Source of the DNA: Thermoanaerobaculia bacterium
Lineage (GTDB): Bacteria > Acidobacteriota > Thermoanaerobaculia > Multivoradales > UBA5704
Direction of reading: 5' to 3'
DNA: 64,000 nt
NCBI GenBank assembly: GCA_035266085.1
Contig: DATFNZ010000107.1
Location: forward strand, 12,857-76,856
Of this stretch, positions 52,531 to 60,920 are shown one piece after another (the stretch's first letter is position 1; every line of letters starts with the position of its first letter). A program made the position numbers and the translations under genes. A model generated the notes under the pieces. That model made no database searches, was not told the DNA's origin, and saw only the letters and a program-made list of their open reading frames with translations.

Positions 52531-54510
52531 CTACGGCGTCACGATGATCTCGGCCCGGGCTTCCGCCTTGAGCTCGAGGATCTTGTCGACGAGCTGCGCC
52601 CGCTTGTTGCCGCTGTGAGTGAAGGTGATGAGCTTCTCGAGCACGAAAGCCTCCTTCAGCTTGCGCACCGCGACGAGGTGCAGGCCCCGCTCCTCGAGAA
52701 CCTGGAAAGCGTCCTCGGTGTCGAACGACGCGAGGTCGGCCAGCGTCCTCGCCGGCTGGAAATCCTTGTCGAGCACGGCCTGATCGAGCTCCGAGGACGA
52801 CCGGATGTTCTCCAGGGCGTTGAGGACGCGCAGCAGCGAGGCCACGGCCTCGACCTGGGTGGCCTCGAGCTGGATGCCGATGCCGCCCGTGTCCTGCGCC
52901 TTGAACTGCACGCCCAGGGGCGAGTTGTTGAAGGCCTTGCTGTTGTAGAAGGCGACCGCTTCCTCGATCGAATCGACCGAGTTGTTGTGGAAGAACGGAC
53001 CGGTGTCCGCCGACTCGATCACCACCGGCACGTTGAACCGGCCGTTGCCGAAGGCGCCGTTGACGAACGGGGTCTTGCCGAAGCCGCCGTCCCGCGGCCG
53101 CATGCCGGGTGCGATCAGGTCGGCCGGATGGTCGGCGAGGTTCTCGGTGCCGATGTCGAAGTTACGGTTGTCGCCTTCCTGGCCGTTGGAGCCGCCGTTG
53201 CCATGGCAGGCCTGGCACTTGCCGGCCGCCACGGTGCCGCCGACCGAGTCCTGCGCCATGTAGATGGCCTTGCCCCGGTTGACCACGGGCGAGGTGAACT
53301 GCATGGCCGCGAGATTGGGGTCCGCCTGCCGGCCGAGGGCGAGTTGGAACGCGGCCAGGGCGTCGAGCTCCTGATCGGTCGGCGCGCGGAAGTCGACGCC
53401 GGCGGAACGGGTCAGCGTCTTGGTGAAGTGCTGGTTGATGGCGCCCAGCGCGAAGTCGCGGATCGTGCCGGCGCCGGGCGAGCCGCCGCCGTCCCAGCCG
53501 AGACGCTCGGCGGGCGGGTTGGGCGAGCCGGGCTGACGCACCCGGGAGTTGAGCATGGCGAGGGTGTGCGGCACTCCCCGCAGCACGAACTTGGTCTGCA
53601 GGTTCTCGAAGCCGTCCACGTTCTCGAGCACCAGGCCCAGGGCGCGCATCAACTGCGGCTTCTCGAAGTTCTGCGCCAGGGCCGGGTTGGTCTCCGCCAC
53701 GAACAGCGGGTTGTCCGGCGCCAGGGTGGCGATGAACTTGGGGTCGATGGTGAAATTGTTCTGCGACGGATGGCAGGTGCCGCAGGTCCGGCCGTTGCCG
53801 CTGAACTGCTCGTTGAAGAAGAGGTCGGCGCCCTGGGCGACCAGCGGATCGAGCGAATCGAACGGCGTCGCGAAAGCGGGCTGGGGTCCGAAGAGCGAGG
53901 CCAGGACCGGCCGGCGGCCGGCCGCGAACGACGGGTTCGTCCGGCCCTTGGTATAGAGCCTCTGGAACAGCTCGGGGGATCCGAAGAGCACGCCCGCCTG
54001 CTCCGGCCGCTTGCCGGCCCGCGAGACGACGACCATGTCAACCTGGAAATGCTGGAAGAAGCCGGGCTCGAGCCGGGCGGCCAGACGGGCGGTGCGCGGC
54101 TCGCCGGTCAAACGGCCCAGCCGGTGCATCCGGTCCTTCGATTCCGGCAGGGCCGAGCCGCCGGCCGCGTTCTCCACCAGCCAGACGTCCCACTGCTCGC
54201 CGGGCGTCAACCCCTCCAGCTCGACCTGGGCGGAGCCGCCCACGAAATCGAGCTTGGCCAGCCCATGGGCGCCGCTGTACTCCCGCGACAGGCCCTTCGA
54301 CCAGCCGAGGCCGACGAAGACGTTGCGGTCCCCCCCTCGCACCGTATGGTCGGCGGCCCAGTCCAGATAGGCGGACTGGAGCGCGGAAGGGTTCGCCTGG
54401 CCGGTCTTCGCCGTCTTGCCGGCCGGCTCCATCTGCCACGGGGAGAACAGGGCAGCCAGCACCCCCAACGCCAATGAAGCTCCCAACAACCCAACCCAAA
54501 CTTTCACTTT
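52531..54510 (-). CDS. Di-haem cytochrome c peroxidase-like protein (two CxxCH motifs) with a long N-terminal extension
   Basis: ATG at 54510 with AAGGAG 7 nt upstream. Signal/TM segment. Haem motifs CGTCH and CQACHG. The N-terminal 250 aa have no haem motif. Confidence 0.75.
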   Translation of the reverse strand, partial: KVKVWVGLLGASLALGVLAALFSPWQMEPAGKTAKTGQANPSALQSAYLDWAADHTVRGGDRNVFVGLGWSKGLSREYSGAHGLAKLDFVGGSAQVELEGLTPGEQWDVWLVENAAGGSALPESKDRMHRLGRLTGEPRTARLAARLEPGFFQHFQVDMVVVSRAGKRPEQAGVLFGSPELFQRLYTKGRTNPSFAAGRRPVLASLFGPQPAFATPFDSLDPLVAQGADLFFNEQFSGNGRTCGTCHPSQNNFTIDPKFIATLAPDNPLFVAETNPALAQNFEKPQLMRALGLVLENVDGFENLQTKFVLRGVPHTLAMLNSRVRQPGSPNPPAERLGWDGGGSPGAGTIRDFALGAINQHFTKTLTRSAGVDFRAPTDQELDALAAFQLALGRQADPNLAAMQFTSPVVNRGKAIYMAQDSVGGTVAAGKCQACHGNGGSNGQEGDNRNFDIGTENLADHPADLIAPGMRPRDGGFGKTPFVNGAFGNGRFNVPVVIESADTGPFFHNNSVDSIEEAVAFYNSKAFNNSPLGVQFKAQDTGGIGIQLEATQVEAVASLLRVLNALENIRSSSELDQAVLDKDFQPARTLADLASFDTEDAFQVLEERGLHLVAVRKLKEAFVLEKLITFTHSGNKRAQLVDKILELKAEARAEIIVTP

Positions 54511-54707
54511 CATTCGCATGCATTTGCTCCTTGGTGTGACCGGCCCGGATGACCGTCTCGGCAAGTCCGGCTCTGCCAAGATTGGCGCGCCTCGGCCTGT
54601 CTGGTAACGGCGTATGACGCTAGAGTGCGGCCGATCGCGGAAAAGCGGACAGTTTCTGGACTTTCAGGAGCCTGGCCGAATGTGAGAGATTCATCCAGGA
54701 ATTCGCC

Positions 54708-54944
54708 ATGACGCGTCTCCTGACCCTCTGGCTCACGCTCCTCGCCGCCTTCTGGCTCACGCGGACGGCGGTCTCGGCGGTGCTGTTCCAGCGCGTGGAT
54801 CAAGGGCTCGGAGCCTGGGCCGAGCTCCTGATCGTCCCCCTGCTCCAGGCGGCGGTCGTCGGCTGGCTCACCCGGTCGCCGCCAGCCCGTGTCCCTGCCA
54901 GTGCTCCTGACGATATCCCTGACGAAGAGAACGGCGAGGATTGA
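54708..54944 (+). CDS. Small membrane protein (78 aa), hypothetical
   Basis: Two hydrophobic helices. Located immediately upstream of the AI-2E transporter gene. No clear RBS. Confidence 0.4.
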   Translation: MTRLLTLWLTLLAAFWLTRTAVSAVLFQRVDQGLGAWAELLIVPLLQAAVVGWLTRSPPARVPASAPDDIPDEENGED

Positions 54945-54999
54945 GGCGGGATGCCTGTGTTACGCTGACCGGTAAAATTCGAATCCCCCGAGGTCCGCC

Positions 55000-56100
55000 A
55001 TGCGCGACACGAAGCTGATCCTGATCCTTCTCGGCATTCTGGTCTTCATCGCCGTCGGCTTCGTGCTCCGCATGCTGGAGCCCGTCCTGGTGCCGTTCGT
55101 GCTGGCGGTCTTCCTGTCGCGGATCTTCTCGCCTCTCGTCGCGGCCCTGCGCCGGCGGCGGGTGCCGGCGCCCCTGGCGATCCTGCTGGTGCTGATCCTG
55201 GTGTCGATCGCCATCGTGATCTTCTCGGTGGTCCTCTACTCGAGCGCCATGTCGTTCACCGAGGCCATGCCGCGGTACCAGGAGCGCTTGAAAGGGCTGC
55301 TCGCGGACGGCTCCGGATGGCTCGCCGCCTCCTTCCCCCAGCTCCAGGCGCAGATCCATTGGGACAAGATCGTGGAGGTCTCGTCCCTGACCGGCGTCCT
55401 GGCGGGCGTGGTCGGCTCGTTCCTGATCTTCTTCAACGACGGGTTCCTGGTGCTGCTCTTCCTCGTCTTCATGCTCTCGGGCAGCGAGGCGTTCCCGCGG
55501 AAGCTCCGGCGGGCCTTCGCGGCCGAGCACGCCGAGCGGCTCGACACGGTCATGCGCGACATCGAAGAGGAGACCCGCAGGTATCTGCTGATGAAGACCG
55601 TGATCAACCTGGCGACCGGCGTCGCGGTCGCCCTCCTGCTGGCGGCGTTCGGGGTGGACTTCCCCCTGTTCTGGGGCCTGGTGACCTTCCTCGCCCATTA
55701 CATCCCGAGCCTCGGCGCGGTGCTCTCCGTGGGTTTGCCGGCGATCTTCCTCTTCCTTCAGTTCTCGCCGGGCATGGCCCTGCTGATCGCCCTGCTCAAC
55801 GCGGCGCTCCAGTTCGCCGTGGGCAACGTCATCGAGCCGCGGGTGATGGGCGAGAGCATGGACCTGAGCACGCTCCTCGTCCTGCTCTCACTGATCTTCT
55901 GGGGCTGGCTCTGGGGGCCCTGGGGCATGATCCTCTCCGTGCCCATCACCTCGATGATCAAGATCGTCTGCGAGCACATCGAGCCCCTCCGCCCCCTCGC
56001 CGTGCTGATGAGCGGCTCGCACGGATCGCCGCCGCCTCAGGCCAGCCCGGCCAGGAGCGCCGAGGCCGGCGCCACGCGGATCCCCTCCGGGCTTACGTAG
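55000..56100 (+). CDS. AI-2E family transporter (PerM/UPF0118)
   Basis: Eight TM helices. Characteristic ...LLMKTVINLATGVAVALLL...VGNVIEPRVMGESMDLSTLLVLLSLIFWGWLWGPWGMILSVPIT pattern of AI-2E/YhhT proteins. Confidence 0.8.
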   Translation: MRDTKLILILLGILVFIAVGFVLRMLEPVLVPFVLAVFLSRIFSPLVAALRRRRVPAPLAILLVLILVSIAIVIFSVVLYSSAMSFTEAMPRYQERLKGLLADGSGWLAASFPQLQAQIHWDKIVEVSSLTGVLAGVVGSFLIFFNDGFLVLLFLVFMLSGSEAFPRKLRRAFAAEHAERLDTVMRDIEEETRRYLLMKTVINLATGVAVALLLAAFGVDFPLFWGLVTFLAHYIPSLGAVLSVGLPAIFLFLQFSPGMALLIALLNAALQFAVGNVIEPRVMGESMDLSTLLVLLSLIFWGWLWGPWGMILSVPITSMIKIVCEHIEPLRPLAVLMSGSHGSPPPQASPARSAEAGATRIPSGLT

Positions 56101-57155
56101 TCGTTGCGGCCGGTAGCCGAGATCTGCCAGGCCTCGCATGCGGGGAAGCGGGTCTTGAGATAACGCACGCTGCGGTCGATCTCCACATCCGCCCACTTGG
56201 CCTCCACCATCAGGATGGGCTTGCGCCGCTCGGTGACGACGAAGTCGACCTCCCGGCCGTCGACATCCCGGAAGTAGCGCAGCTCGAGGTCCCGTCCCTG
56301 GGTGTCCTGCTGGTACTGGACCCACTTGAGAAGGTGGGAAGCCACCAGGTTCTCGAAGCGCGGAGGCAGCTCCGGCACCAGGGTCCAATCAAAGTGATAG
56401 TGCTTCTGCTCTTTCTTGACGGCCCGGATGGCAGGGCTGCCGAAAGGCGGCAAACGGAAGATGGCGAAGAGGCGCTCCAGGATCTGCAGCCAGCTCGACA
56501 CCGTCTTGTGGCTGACCTGAAGGTCCTCCCGCAGGGCGTTGACGGAGAGCGGCGATCCCACCAGCTCCGGGAGGCGGATCATCAGCAGCTCGAGACGGCC
56601 GAGGTCCTGGACCCGCTCCAGGCTCACCAGCTCCTCGCGGATGAGCAGGTTCCGGTACTCGCGAGACCAGCGTCGCGCCTCGACCTCGGAGCCGCCAAAG
56701 AAGGGCTCCGGGAACCCGCCGAGCGTCAGGAGCTGCCGGAGATCGTCTTCCGTGCTCCCTTCGATCTCCGCCAGGGAAAGCGGGTGGAGGTGCAGGAGAT
56801 GGTACCGGCCCTGAAGGGAATCCCCCGAATAGCGGTAGTAGTCGAGCCGGGCGCTCCCCGTGACCAGGATGCGCTGGCTTGGCGGCTTGCCGTCGTAGAG
56901 CCCCTTGAGGTAGTTACGCCAGAGGCGGTATTTGTGGATCTCGTCGAAGACCCAGAGGGAAGAGACCGGAAGCTGCCGTTTGAGGATACGCTCCCGGTGC
57001 TCCGGGATGTCCCAGCTCAGGTAGCCCTTCTCCGCTCCCTCCAGGCTGCGGGCCAGCGTCGTCTTGCCGACCTGCCGCGGGCCGGCCACGAAGACCATCT
57101 TCTTCTGGAGATCCCGCTCGGTCTGCTCCGCCAGATAGCGATGGTACAGCCTCAT
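56037..57155 (-). CDS. AAA+ ATPase, COG1373 type (N-terminal P-loop plus DUF4143-like C-terminal region)
   Basis: Walker A VFVAGPRQVGKTTLA, Walker B LWVFDEIH, and the C-terminal region typical of COG1373/DUF4143 ATPases. Overlaps the convergent AI-2E gene by 64 nt. A 48-bp palindrome lies immediately upstream. Confidence 0.8.
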   Translation of the reverse strand: MRLYHRYLAEQTERDLQKKMVFVAGPRQVGKTTLARSLEGAEKGYLSWDIPEHRERILKRQLPVSSLWVFDEIHKYRLWRNYLKGLYDGKPPSQRILVTGSARLDYYRYSGDSLQGRYHLLHLHPLSLAEIEGSTEDDLRQLLTLGGFPEPFFGGSEVEARRWSREYRNLLIREELVSLERVQDLGRLELLMIRLPELVGSPLSVNALREDLQVSHKTVSSWLQILERLFAIFRLPPFGSPAIRAVKKEQKHYHFDWTLVPELPPRFENLVASHLLKWVQYQQDTQGRDLELRYFRDVDGREVDFVVTERRKPILMVEAKWADVEIDRSVRYLKTRFPACEAWQISATGRNDYVSPEGIRVAPASALLAGLA

Positions 57156-57174
57156 GAAAGGAGGATGCCAGTAA

Positions 57175-57222
57175 TTTCACCCCTAGTCAAAAATACTCGC
57201 GAGTGTTTTTGACTAGGGGTGA
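57175..57222. repeat. 48-bp near-perfect palindrome (24-bp arms, one T/G mismatch)
   Basis: TTCACCCCTAGTCAAAAATACTCG|CGAGTGTTTTTGACTAGGGGTGAA. It sits in the 78-bp gap between the DPP3-like gene stop (57234) and the ATPase start (57155). Confidence 0.8.
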
Positions 57223-57233
57223 AAACGCCCACC

Positions 57234-58922
57234 CTACTCCACGCCCTCCGGAAACGGCTGGCGCGGGTCGAAGTCGACCGGCACGTCGGTCATCTTCGCC
57301 ATGGCGGCTTTCAGATCGGCGGGCATCGCGCCGTACTTCTGGAACCAGCTCTCGGCCCGCGCGCGGTCGCCCGTCGCCTCGATGGTCAGCAGCTCCTTGG
57401 CGAGAGACGCGACCGCTCCCGGCATCTTGGCGAGATCGACCCGGTAGCGCCCCGATTCCTCGCGCTGGATAGCCCCCTGCTCGGTCAGGTAGTTGAGCTC
57501 CATCATCTGGGCCCGGCCGTGCGCCTCGCCCGTTCCGAAGCGGACCGTGCGGAAGATCCCGGCCACGTAGGAGGCGTAGAACTCCGGCAGGCGCTCCTTC
57601 GGCAGGGCGCCGTGCTCCACCAGCCAGGCGAGGCCGAACATGCCGGTGACGTCCGCCTTGGCCTCCTCCAGCCCTGAGTACGTGGCCCCGATCGCCTGGC
57701 GGATGTCGACCTGCTTGCCGTCCACCCGTGCGAATGCCGGCCCGAGGCCGTGGCTGATCTCGTGCATCATCACGTCCGAGAGATACCCCTCGGCCGTGGC
57801 CAGGGCCGCCTGGTCCTCGCGCAGCAGGCGCTGGGCGACCGGCAGGATGATGTACTTCACCCGGGCGTCCATGTAGTTCTTGAAGAAGATCCGCTTGCTC
57901 CCCTTCTGCTCATGGATGCGGGGGTCGTTCGGCAGGTTGTCCGCCACCGCCTGGTAGCCGTGCCGCAGGTCGCCGGAGCGGAAGGGGGTGTCCATTACCT
58001 CCATGGGCGCCACCCGGCCGCGCTTCGAGGGGCGGTCCTCGGGGGCCAGAGGCAGGGCGTCCTGAATGTCGGGGACGTACTTCTGGAACACCTCCAGCTT
58101 GCGGCTCTCGGACTCGTTGCGCACCAGCACGGCGGCGCCGTAGGAGGTCTTCACGCCGAGCAGGCCGTCGAGATAGGTCTCGTAGGGCGCGAAGATGATG
58201 TCGAACCTCGGGTTCTGGAGGTCGAGCCAGGCGAGGTCGCTGGCGTAGTAGTCGTCCGTGAGGAGAGCATCGGCCCGCAGGCGCAGGAAATTGGCGAACG
58301 CCGGCTCGTCCGAGAGGCCGGCCGCCTCGCGCAGGGCCCGGGCGGCGGCATCGAGATGCTCCTTGTAGACGGCATGGTACGCCTGGGCCGCGAGCCCCTT
58401 CGGCGTGCGGACGACGACGGTGTGCTCGTCGTAGAGAGCCGCCTTCTCCGCCGGGTGGGCCGCCACGTAGGTTTCGATCTCCTGCCGGGTGATCCCCTTG
58501 GGATAGAGGGCGCGGCCGGGCTGCATCGGCTCCTTGCCCACGAACGGCTGGTTCTCCTCCAGCAGGTCGTAGCGGCTGCCGTTGATCCAGAGCATGCGCC
58601 GCAGATCCTGGGAGCGCTGATCCTTGGCGCCCGCCAGGGACTTGTAGAGGGCGAGCCCCTCCGGATCGCTCTGGAGCCAGTAGATGTTCTCGAACTGGCG
58701 GGCGGCCTCGACGAGCTTGTCCAGCAACTGCTTCTCGCGGGCGGACAGCCCCGAGAAGTCGAAGTTCATCTCGACCGGCTTCCACTTGTAGAGCCGCTCC
58801 TCAAGGTTCGCAACGATTTTGGGCTTCGCGGCAGCCTTGGCGGACGGAGCCGCGGCGGTCAGAGGCAAGGGGATGAGGGCAAGGAGGGCGACCAGGACAG
58901 GCTTCAGGGTGTCTCTGCGCAT
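57234..58922 (-). CDS. Secreted Zn-dependent peptidase, dipeptidyl-peptidase III (M49)-like
   Basis: Signal peptide. HEISHGLGP zinc motif and downstream EEAKADVTG (second zinc-ligand motif analogous to the EECRAE of DPP3). 562 aa. Confidence 0.55.
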   Translation of the reverse strand: MRRDTLKPVLVALLALIPLPLTAAAPSAKAAAKPKIVANLEERLYKWKPVEMNFDFSGLSAREKQLLDKLVEAARQFENIYWLQSDPEGLALYKSLAGAKDQRSQDLRRMLWINGSRYDLLEENQPFVGKEPMQPGRALYPKGITRQEIETYVAAHPAEKAALYDEHTVVVRTPKGLAAQAYHAVYKEHLDAAARALREAAGLSDEPAFANFLRLRADALLTDDYYASDLAWLDLQNPRFDIIFAPYETYLDGLLGVKTSYGAAVLVRNESESRKLEVFQKYVPDIQDALPLAPEDRPSKRGRVAPMEVMDTPFRSGDLRHGYQAVADNLPNDPRIHEQKGSKRIFFKNYMDARVKYIILPVAQRLLREDQAALATAEGYLSDVMMHEISHGLGPAFARVDGKQVDIRQAIGATYSGLEEAKADVTGMFGLAWLVEHGALPKERLPEFYASYVAGIFRTVRFGTGEAHGRAQMMELNYLTEQGAIQREESGRYRVDLAKMPGAVASLAKELLTIEATGDRARAESWFQKYGAMPADLKAAMAKMTDVPVDFDPRQPFPEGVE

Positions 58923-59015
58923 GGGGAGGAGTCTACTCCGTCAGGCTAGCCCAGGGCAGCCGGCCCAAGGCGTTGCCGAGCGTAATCTCCCGCCCGCTCC
59001 CGCGTAGAGAACACC

Positions 59016-60857
59016 ATGAGACCCTCAACCCTCCTCACCGCCATCCTTCTGCTCGCGGCCCCCCTGCCGCGGGCTCATGCTGAAGATCCGGCCGAGATCC
59101 TGGCCCGCGCGAAGGAAGCCGCGGGCGGCAAGGCCTGGGATGCCATACGGACCCTGCATACCCATGCCCGGGCCGCGACCAGCGGCCTCTCCGGCACCAT
59201 CGACGCCTGGGACGACGTGCGGACCGGCCGGCATCTCGACACCTTCTCCCTCGGCCCCTACAACGGAGCCCAGGGATACGACGGCAAGGCAGCCTGGGAG
59301 CAGGACCCTTCCGGCCAGGCCCACGTCGACGACAGCGGCGACGCCCGCGAAGGGAAGGTCAACGAGGCCTACCGCCGGTCGTTCGCCTACTGGTACCCCG
59401 AGCGGCACAAGGCCGAGATCTCTTACGCGGGCAAGAAACAGGACGGGGGACGCGACTTCCACGTCCTGCGCATCCATCCCGAGGCCGGGCGCCCGTTCGA
59501 GATGTGGATCGATGCCGGCAGCCATCTGGTCGGCCGCGTGGTCGAGCGCGGCGCGAAAGAAGTCCGCACCACTTTCACATCCGACTACCGGCCGGTCGAC
59601 GGGATCAGGCTGCCCTTCGCCGTGAAGTCCACCAACGGCGATGCCAAGTACGACGACAGCGTCGCCGTCGAGAGCGTAGAGGTCAACCCGGTCTTCGACG
59701 AGGCGAAGTTCAGAATGCCGGAAGGCAAGACGAGCGACTTCTCCATCGCCGGCGGCAAGACCTCGGCGCTCCTCCCCTTCCGTCTGCTCAACAATCACCT
59801 CTACGTGCAGGCCCGCATCAACGGCCAGCCCGTCCAGGTGCTCTTCGACACGGGGGGCGCCAACCTTCTGACGCCCGGCGCGGCCAAGCGGCTGGGCCTC
59901 GAGAGCGAAGGCGGCATCGAAGTGCGGGGCAGCGGCGAGAAGTCGGAGAGCTCCGGGCTCGCCAAGGTCGGCGAGCTCGTCCTGGGCGACGTCACCCTGC
60001 GCGACCAGATTTTCTACGTGGTGCCGCTCACCGGCCTCGCCGAGGTCGAGGGCGTGGACGTGGACGGCATCGTCGGCTACGAGGTGCTCAAGCGCTTCAT
60101 CTCCCGCGTGGAGTACGCCAAGGGGCAGATCGCCTTCTTCCTCCCCGAGGCCTTCCAGGAGCCGGCGGGCGGAACGGTCGTGCCCTTCACCTTCGAGGGC
60201 CAGACCCCGCAGGTGGACGGCGAGATCGACGGCGTCCGCGGCAAGCTCACGATCGATACCGGCAGCCGCACCTCGCTCACGCTGAACCGCCCCTTCGTCC
60301 AGGAGCACGGCCTCGAGGCCAGGTACGCTTCGAAATTCGAGGCCCTGTCCGGATGGGGCGTGGGCGGCGGCGTGCGCTCTCAGCTCACGCGGGCGAAGAT
60401 CCTCAAGCTGGGCAGCGTCGAGGTGCCGATGCCGGTCACCGACATGGCCCTCTCCACCAAGGGATCCTTCGCCAACCGCTACCTGGCGGGCAACGTCGGC
60501 GGCGGCGTGCTCCGGCGGTTCGACGTCACGTTCGACTACGGCAAGCAGCGGCTGATCTTCCAGCCCAACGAGAACGCCGCCAAGCCCGACAACTACGACC
60601 GCTCGGGGATGTGGCTCAACCGCGAAGGCGGCGGCTTCCAGGTGAAGGACGTGGTGGCCGGGGGCCCGGCCGCCGAGGCCGGCCTGAAGGCGGGCGACAC
60701 GATCCTGGCCATCGACGGCCAGGGCGCCGGGGAGCTGCTCCTCTCCCACCTGAGAACCCGGCTCAAGGACTCCCCGGCCGGCACCAGGGTGCGGCTGACG
60801 GTGAAGTCGGGCGCCAAGGCCCGCGAGGTGACGGTGGTGCTGCGGGATCTGGTCTAG
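59016..60857 (+). CDS. Secreted retropepsin-like aspartic peptidase (two DTG-containing lobes) with a C-terminal PDZ domain
   Basis: Signal peptide. FDTGGANLL and IDTGSRTSL aspartyl-protease motifs. C-terminal PDZ (GFQVKDVVAGGPAAEAGLKAGDTILAIDGQ). Confidence 0.7.
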   Translation: MRPSTLLTAILLLAAPLPRAHAEDPAEILARAKEAAGGKAWDAIRTLHTHARAATSGLSGTIDAWDDVRTGRHLDTFSLGPYNGAQGYDGKAAWEQDPSGQAHVDDSGDAREGKVNEAYRRSFAYWYPERHKAEISYAGKKQDGGRDFHVLRIHPEAGRPFEMWIDAGSHLVGRVVERGAKEVRTTFTSDYRPVDGIRLPFAVKSTNGDAKYDDSVAVESVEVNPVFDEAKFRMPEGKTSDFSIAGGKTSALLPFRLLNNHLYVQARINGQPVQVLFDTGGANLLTPGAAKRLGLESEGGIEVRGSGEKSESSGLAKVGELVLGDVTLRDQIFYVVPLTGLAEVEGVDVDGIVGYEVLKRFISRVEYAKGQIAFFLPEAFQEPAGGTVVPFTFEGQTPQVDGEIDGVRGKLTIDTGSRTSLTLNRPFVQEHGLEARYASKFEALSGWGVGGGVRSQLTRAKILKLGSVEVPMPVTDMALSTKGSFANRYLAGNVGGGVLRRFDVTFDYGKQRLIFQPNENAAKPDNYDRSGMWLNREGGGFQVKDVVAGGPAAEAGLKAGDTILAIDGQGAGELLLSHLRTRLKDSPAGTRVRLTVKSGAKAREVTVVLRDLV

Positions 60858-60920
60858 GAAGATGTTGGAGAACATCTCTTCGATGGGGCGCTGGCCGGAC
60901 GAAAGGATCTTAACTCGGCC

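Noticed and set aside
57164-57211. 15-codon ORF MPVISPLVKNTRECF with a perfect AAGGAGG SD
   Set aside because: It lies wholly inside a 48-bp palindrome. The SD-ATG is most simply a by-product of the arm sequence (its complement is the CCTCCTT… preceding the ATPase start). It is kept only as a note in the palindrome finding.
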